The position numbers and the translations under genes are program-made. DNA of 64,000 bases from Saccostrea cucullata (taxonomy: Eukaryota): positions 248,001 through 312,000 of the forward strand of contig NW_026932690.1 in the NCBI RefSeq assembly GCF_032062105.1, given 5' to 3'. The notes under the pieces were generated by a model, which worked only from the letters and a program-made list of their open reading frames with translations, did no database searches and was not told the DNA's origin. Shown here in pieces: positions 62,001-64,000 of this stretch. Position 1 is the stretch's first letter; every line of letters starts with the position of its first letter.

Positions 62001-63005
62001 GTCTGTTTATTTACGAGATCAGGGATATATACAAATCTGAATAAAGTCAAGAGGTATTTCAATACTCTGGCTCGAATGTTTACAGTAATTCTAACCGTAC
62101 GTGCATGTGAAATTTTATCACAAAATTAGTTGGATTTATTTATTCATTTTATTGTGAAGATATATCTAAATTTATATTTTAGTTTAGTGACAAGTATATC
62201 GTTTGTTCTTTTTTAAACCACACTTAAATGAAATGTACATGTATTAAAGTAATCATAGATAATTCTATACTCGTAAAACTTTACACCAACGTAATTAAAA
62301 AAAACTTGAACTGAGACCCATCCAAAGTATTAAACATTTCTGTTTTCATGTTTATATTTTAAACGTTTCAGGCAACGACTGTCCAATATGCTGGGAGAGA
62401 ATGGATTCGAACAACGAACTGAAAGCAAAACTCGTCTGTCAACATGGTAAAACTACACTGTCATTTGTTTGGGGACAACTTTCTTTTTCCCAAAATTTAA
62501 TATAAAAAATAAACTATATATACCAACAACAATAATTATTTCAGTGTTCCATTTCCGGTGCTGGGAGAAATATTCCCGGACAGCCCAGGTTCCGTCCGTC
62601 TGCTGTCCTTTGTGTCGAGCCATACCCATCAAATTCCCAGGAGTGGAGCGAATCAAGTCCGACTTTAAAATTTTCATTGACCGCTTCAGGTGTTTTACAC
62701 CCCGCAGAAATCCTCCCGACAGCACAGGTAATTTCTTTGGACGTTTAGTAATATCAATTCTTGTATTTCAAGCTACATGTATTTAGTAAATATTCAAAAA
62801 TTTAAACGGGTATATAAGGTCAGCAATAAGTGATATAAGAGCACTAAAAAGACGCACCATAACAACAGATATTTATTTTTCAACAATATTGTATTCAGAA
62901 TATCACCATTCTGCAGTTTTATTTCATCTTTATTTTATTTCATTTTAATCATCGTCTCATACCTTTTCATTTGAATTCTTAGGAGTGGCGATGATCGATG
63001 TTTGA
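58315..63005 (+). CDS. Two-transmembrane RING-H2 (C3H2C3) E3 ubiquitin ligase-like protein, ~236 aa to the first stop; possibly decaying
   Basis: Phase-consistent exons 58315-58526, 60419-60566, 61689-61758, 62372-62446, 62545-62727, 62983-63005. Hydrophobic segments CLCFSFILVLGTILIIFVVGII and MVFMALCIALLVMLIMTSLACLCM. RING-H2: CPICWERMDSNNELKAKLVCQHVFHFRCWEKYSRTAQVPSVCCPLCR. Confidence 0.75.
60620..61250 (-). mobile_element. Degenerate Penelope-like element fragment (post-RT region and 3' end)
   Basis: The ORF track shows LLIHKLMLQGFRLLRFRSALRKFF. The tail cagcaggggatgcttactgctcctcggcatctgattccacctctgg is also present, degenerate, at about 28695-28760(+). Confidence 0.65.
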
Positions 63006-64000
63006 TCCCCTCCCCCCAACTACCCAGAGAGATTTTCTGTGCAACTTTATCAAGCAGCACTGGATGGTCAATTCTCCATGTCTAGTCAGGCTCTCAGAAG
63101 TACATGTATTTAATTATTGTGCAAAATAAGAGGCTTTAGCTATACATACTTAGCTCTTATTCAAGAGGACGTTGTCTTTGATGAAAATTTTCAACTGTAG
63201 GTTTCCAAAGAACCGCATATCCACCCCCACCCCCTATGATTTTGCCTGAATTCAGAGGGGTCTGTATACCGGTATTTATTTTAATACTTAGTAGCAATTG
63301 ACTACTTAACGAGCTCGCAAGACTCGACATATGTATTTTTTATGGATGTACCTTAAATAAGGAAGCTTTGGAAACGTCCCCAATTTATATCTACTGTCCC
63401 ACGGAGAACACTTTGTAAGAGTGTTTACTATAGATTTGTTCATTCACTGGTGCTATAGAATTTGATTCGGTCTTGTTATTCTCGCTGCTGATTATAAAAT
63501 ACCACTGATATTTTACAAAATGTAAATAGGCAATATATACATGTATAAATGTACTTATTGTACTATGTACATTATAGACCGGTGGGCCTTTTTAATGTGA
63601 TACGTACATGAATATAACAGGGTATGTATACCTCTGTACTATTTTTGGTGATGATGCAATTCATGACAGGCCTATGACCTCTGTGATATAGAGGTCACCT
63701 ATTACTTGTTCAGATGTTAAGGAGATTTTTGAGTTCACGGTTGTCATTCCATTTATATTTCAGTTTACAGTTTTTATACATTGTTATGATTTTTAATAAA
63801 TTTTTCTACTTTTCTTAAAAACAGCCTTGTTCTTTTTTTTTTGTGTCTTGAAATCAGAAAATATATCTTGAATGGCTACTTTGAAACTGACCCAAAGTTT
63901 GTAATAGAGGAAAGTGGGCCTTGACAACACAACACTGTAAAGGATCAGCAGACCGGAAGTCTCTGATGGATACTGTATAGCTCTATTGGTTTATACTTAT

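Noticed and set aside
63660-63720. Hairpin starting ATGA downstream of the RING-gene TGA, considered as a SECIS
   Set aside because: Lacks the apical AAR and a correctly spaced GA quartet partner.

Overview
AT-rich, intron-rich animal DNA. The repeat families (Helentron/HINE elements with ~166-bp satellite cores, Penelope-like remnants) suggest a bivalve, probably an oyster; this is inference. Four spliced genes were rebuilt by hand, with GT-AG junctions that keep reading phase. (1) A MINDY1/2 (FAM63) deubiquitinase on the minus strand: 9 exons, 539 aa, ending in a CCIL CaaX box. (2) A 4-exon plus-strand gene nested in MINDY intron 5, encoding a 144-aa protein with a signal peptide, six Cys and a GPI-like tail; its Cys spacing resembles neuritin or the RGM N-terminus. 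(3) Su(H)/RBPJ (CSL) on the plus strand, head-to-head with MINDY, with a cluster of its own binding sites upstream and one exon that is frameshifted as assembled. (4) A two-TM RING-H2 E3-ligase-like gene that may be decaying. The most striking pattern is that at least eight tandem repeats or local duplications, in all four genes, are copies of their own exon-intron junctions or exon ends; the largest puts about 58 copies of a splice acceptor in front of a Su(H) exon. The rest is a 5.2-kb minisatellite, non-autonomous DNA transposons, long palindromes and microsatellites. No CRISPR array, tRNA or rRNA was seen.
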